Positions 51,787 to 64,000 of a DNA stretch of 64,000 nucleotides are shown here, piece by piece; position 1 is the stretch's first letter; the number at the start of each line of letters is the position of its first letter. Below the pieces are notes generated by a model. The model had not been told where the DNA came from, did not search any database, and saw only the letters and a program-made list of their open reading frames with translations. The stretch is from Balanoglossus misakiensis (taxonomy: Eukaryota > Animalia > Hemichordata): assembly GCA_040954595.2 (NCBI GenBank), contig CM082576.2, positions 9,923,129 to 9,987,128 of the forward strand, given 5' to 3'. A program made the translations under genes and the position numbers.

Positions 51787-54567
51787 TGGTAAATGTGTGC
51801 TGCTGTTGCGTCATTGCCAGATGGGTGTGCATCAGAACATCATCTGGATCATCCAAATAGTGATTGGAAGATCCAGTTCTGTTTTGCCCTGAATGAAATG
51901 TCACTAGGAGACTTTTAAACACAGGCTGGACAAACCAAGTGAACTTTGGTAGACAGACCAGCACTGACTGATCATAACTCGTGTCCATTTGCTCCTCTCG
52001 TAACTTAAGGTGACTTTGACCTTGAAGTAGTACACTACTACGGTTGTCTGGTTCAGTGTCACACTTTTTGTGACCAGTCTAGATGCAGTCACTTGTAGAG
52101 TTTGGTGATGTTTATCTTCAGCCTCTTATCTTACAATTGAACAGGATAACTCCATAACGACATCACAGCATTGCAGTGGTTGTAGGACAACTGGATAAAC
52201 AATTTATGCATAAAATGTGTATGTATTCTAATGGGATAGGTTAAGATTCAGTGATTCAGAGTTTCTCATGTCACTGTAATACCACTGAGGTAAGGGGTGG
52301 GGGGATAAAAAGTGTAACTCTCCTGATAATATATTTGTAACGTATTTTAATGAAATAAGCAACAAGGGAACTGTACACTTAATAACATATTCCCATCCAA
52401 AGATGGGAAAGAAATCAGATACAGGGACTCTGAAAACAACATATTTTTTAAAGTCTGCATCAGTTTCAAAAGTCGGAAACTAAATAAACATGATTACATT
52501 GACAAATAAATAACGAACAGAAAACAAAAATGGTATCACTGGATTAAATTGCAATGAAGGGAGAAAACAAAAGGAAACATGGACTCACAGTTAAAAATGT
52601 TAAATGCTAAAATGTTCTTGTAAGTGATATTTCGAAAGAATGGTTCTCCCGTCCATTTTTTTTTAATTTTCGGTATACCCTTTAAATATCCTGTGTCTGG
52701 CAACCCAGCTTTGGCCAGAAATTCAAAATGTAAATAAAACCTACAGTACCAGTACATATTTTTTTTTTAATTTTGTTTACACAGAAAATCTACACATACA
52801 GATAATAAATAAATAAAACAAATTGAAAGTACTATACCTGGGTACTTGGCAAACTATGTGAGAAAGTTCCCCCTTGTAAAGATCTGACGTCGGACAGGTT
52901 TCAAAACCCTTTTTTTAAAGTCTCCGTACAAAATGTGGTTTCCTTTAACAAAATGTTATAAAAGAAAAACAAAAATGGCTGGCGTTGCTGAATTTATTGT
53001 AGGCATCATGATTTTATTTCCATTATTTGTACTGTGTGTGAAAGTTTTTGACAAGATTATTATCCACTAGACATGTGAATGAAAGTAACTCGACTATTAA
53101 CCGATCAAAAAACGAAAGACACATAATTGAAATTTTTTTTTTTTTTAAACCTTCATGACCTATGTACCTCTTACACAAAAAAGACACAAAGTTGAGTCAA
53201 ATTTCTCGTTTTTCTTAAGGAAAAAATACTGTTTAAGGTGATAGCAGACCAAATGTGGTGAATCTCTTGAGCTAAAAATACACTAATTCAAGTGTATTTT
53301 CTGTGACCCTAAGACTACTTCTACACAAGAAGGGGTTTCTTCATTGTTTCATTTCTCTCTACACAAGACAATGACTTTTTTTTTGCAAATGCTAGATTGA
53401 CACTATTCCACCTCCACAAGACTTGATTAACTGCATGCTCCAATCTGACTTATACATAGACACATTAAGTAATACTGATGTATTTTGTTTTTTGTATTTT
53501 TTTTTCTTTGTAGTAGTAGGGGTGGACTTGTGGTCTTGGAAACAAAACAAAAAAAACCCCCACAATTTAGACTTGGTCCATCCATTAATTTTATTTTTCT
53601 TCTGATTGCCTCTAATATTTCCTTTCTATTTGAATGACTATTTGAAAATAAATAGCACCCATCCTGATAAAGGAATGACCAGTTTTTACATCAGAAACTA
53701 TTAAAACACAAATTTCGACCAGCAGATAGAATAAAATGGAGCAAATTTCAGACACTTCAGCTCGTCATTAAATACCAACATTTGATTTGTACAATCTAAA
53801 AATTTCCTTTCAAGTGCATTCATGATTTCTACATTTGGTAACATTTTTTTTAAAAACGTTGAAGGTTAATACCCTTCGGTCATTATTATTAATGTCTTAT
53901 ACTTAAAAAGAAACAAATACAGCAGCCATGAATGAATGAGTTGTCAAAAGAGGAGCTTTTTTTGCACTTGGTGCTTTCCTGAAACTAAAAATCAGCTCTT
54001 TCACCACTGAGGGTGCTGTTTAGATTCCTAATATAAATCCGAAATTTAGCTTACCACCCACTCGCTCATCTGATTCAAACCAACCAGCACACGATTCTCA
54101 TCCACACTCTTGACCAGTTTTCAAAATCCGACAATATTTGGCATTCGCAAATTTTTTGTAGACCCTAAAGTTCCAGTTTCTTTCAGTTTCTATGCAATGG
54201 CCCGTCCGCCGTGACAATCGAGCTCTTGACAGTCCAAGCGTAATTTGAACAAAACAAAGCCACAAATTGAAACAGTTTAAGACTGTAACTCCTTTTGGGG
54301 GGTTTTTGCATATGTATGTTTTCCTGTGAACTAACATGATCCTCATACAATGCCTGAGATTTAATTTTTGTTTCACTTCAGTGTCTTCCGTGCCTGTACG
54401 TTGTTTTAAAAATACTTGCCTTTTTCAAAATTCCTAATAATTCTCTCTCTCCTACTGGACCGCCATACCACAATACTCTTGACAGTTTCTTACATACCCC
54501 TAGGCACTCAACTATTGCAGTTGCTCCCTACAACAAACTCTCTTGTTTTTTTAAAGTGCTAAAAAGT

Positions 54568-63147
<8,580 letters not shown>

Positions 63148-64000
63148 CTGCAAACCAAAAAAAATTATGTCACCACTTTTAACCTTTTCACCGTCATAGT
63201 CAACTTGTCGTCACCTTTCAAAAAATAAACCTGCGTAACTTTTTCAACACTTGTTCTCTAATTTTGATTACAACCTGAAGATAATGGAAAATTATGACCA
63301 TTTGGTCTAAAATTAAGGGAGGGGGAGCAATTAGAGAAAAAATGAGAAAATGTTGAAATTGTGCACCTCATTTTGACCAAAAAATGTGGCATTCAACAAG
63401 TTGACAATGAAGAAATGGCTCCAATAAATATCATTTTTGTATCTATAACCCTACAGCTAATTTAACGAGTTTATGAAGTGGAGAGTAATCAAACTTTTGC
63501 TCTTTTTTCAAAGGCTGATAACCGGTCACTGTTTGCTCTGTCTTTCATTTTTAATGACTATAAGTGAAGGGTGTTTATTCTTTTATTCTTTATGCACACA
63601 GGGTGCCTGAGGCGCCACTGCAGAAGTAACATCTGCTTCACACAAATCATTACGACAGATACAGCTCTGCTGAAGACATGAGGTCAACAGAATCTATGTC
63701 ACCACAATAGGGGGGTCATTTGGTTGTCACAAACACAAATTCAATAATGCAAGGGGGGAACTATTGACCAGATATCAACAGACGGCAAAGCGGGGACTTG
63801 ACTGTCTGGGGACAAGAAAGGTTCTGAAACAGACGGCAGAAAAAAGAACTGCAGTTTCACCGAGAATTGTTGAAAGTTGCAGGTAAAGGGGACACATGGG
63901 AAAAGTTCATAGTGAGTGGGTGGAATGACCGGCTACTGAACCCTGGTTCACCTCTGGTGTCCCGTACGAGCTGATGTTATTACATGTACTACAACCAACA

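Overview
AT-rich, intron-containing animal DNA from an invertebrate bilaterian (taxon not resolvable by eye). There are no prokaryotic operons or CRISPR arrays, and most listed ORFs are spurious. Manual exon reconstruction gives eight protein-coding genes, in order: an unnamed coiled-coil/IDR gene (-, runs off the left edge) head-to-head with PPP1R36 (+, with tRNA-Val(TAC) in intron 2); an intronless LRR + SOCS-box-like + Zn-finger-like gene (-) head-to-head with CCDC32 (+); an ~18 kb gene-free stretch rich in RFX X-box-like motifs; RhoU/V (-); ABHD12 (-) head-to-head with GINS1 (+); and the 3' part of protein kinase D (-, runs off the right edge). Three MITE families and several microsatellites are also present. 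The best novelty candidates are the LRR-SOCS-box-ZnF protein (putative Elongin BC-Cullin substrate receptor), the unnamed gene at the left edge and the motif-rich desert. All exon boundaries and homologies were read by eye and need RNA-seq or BLAST confirmation.
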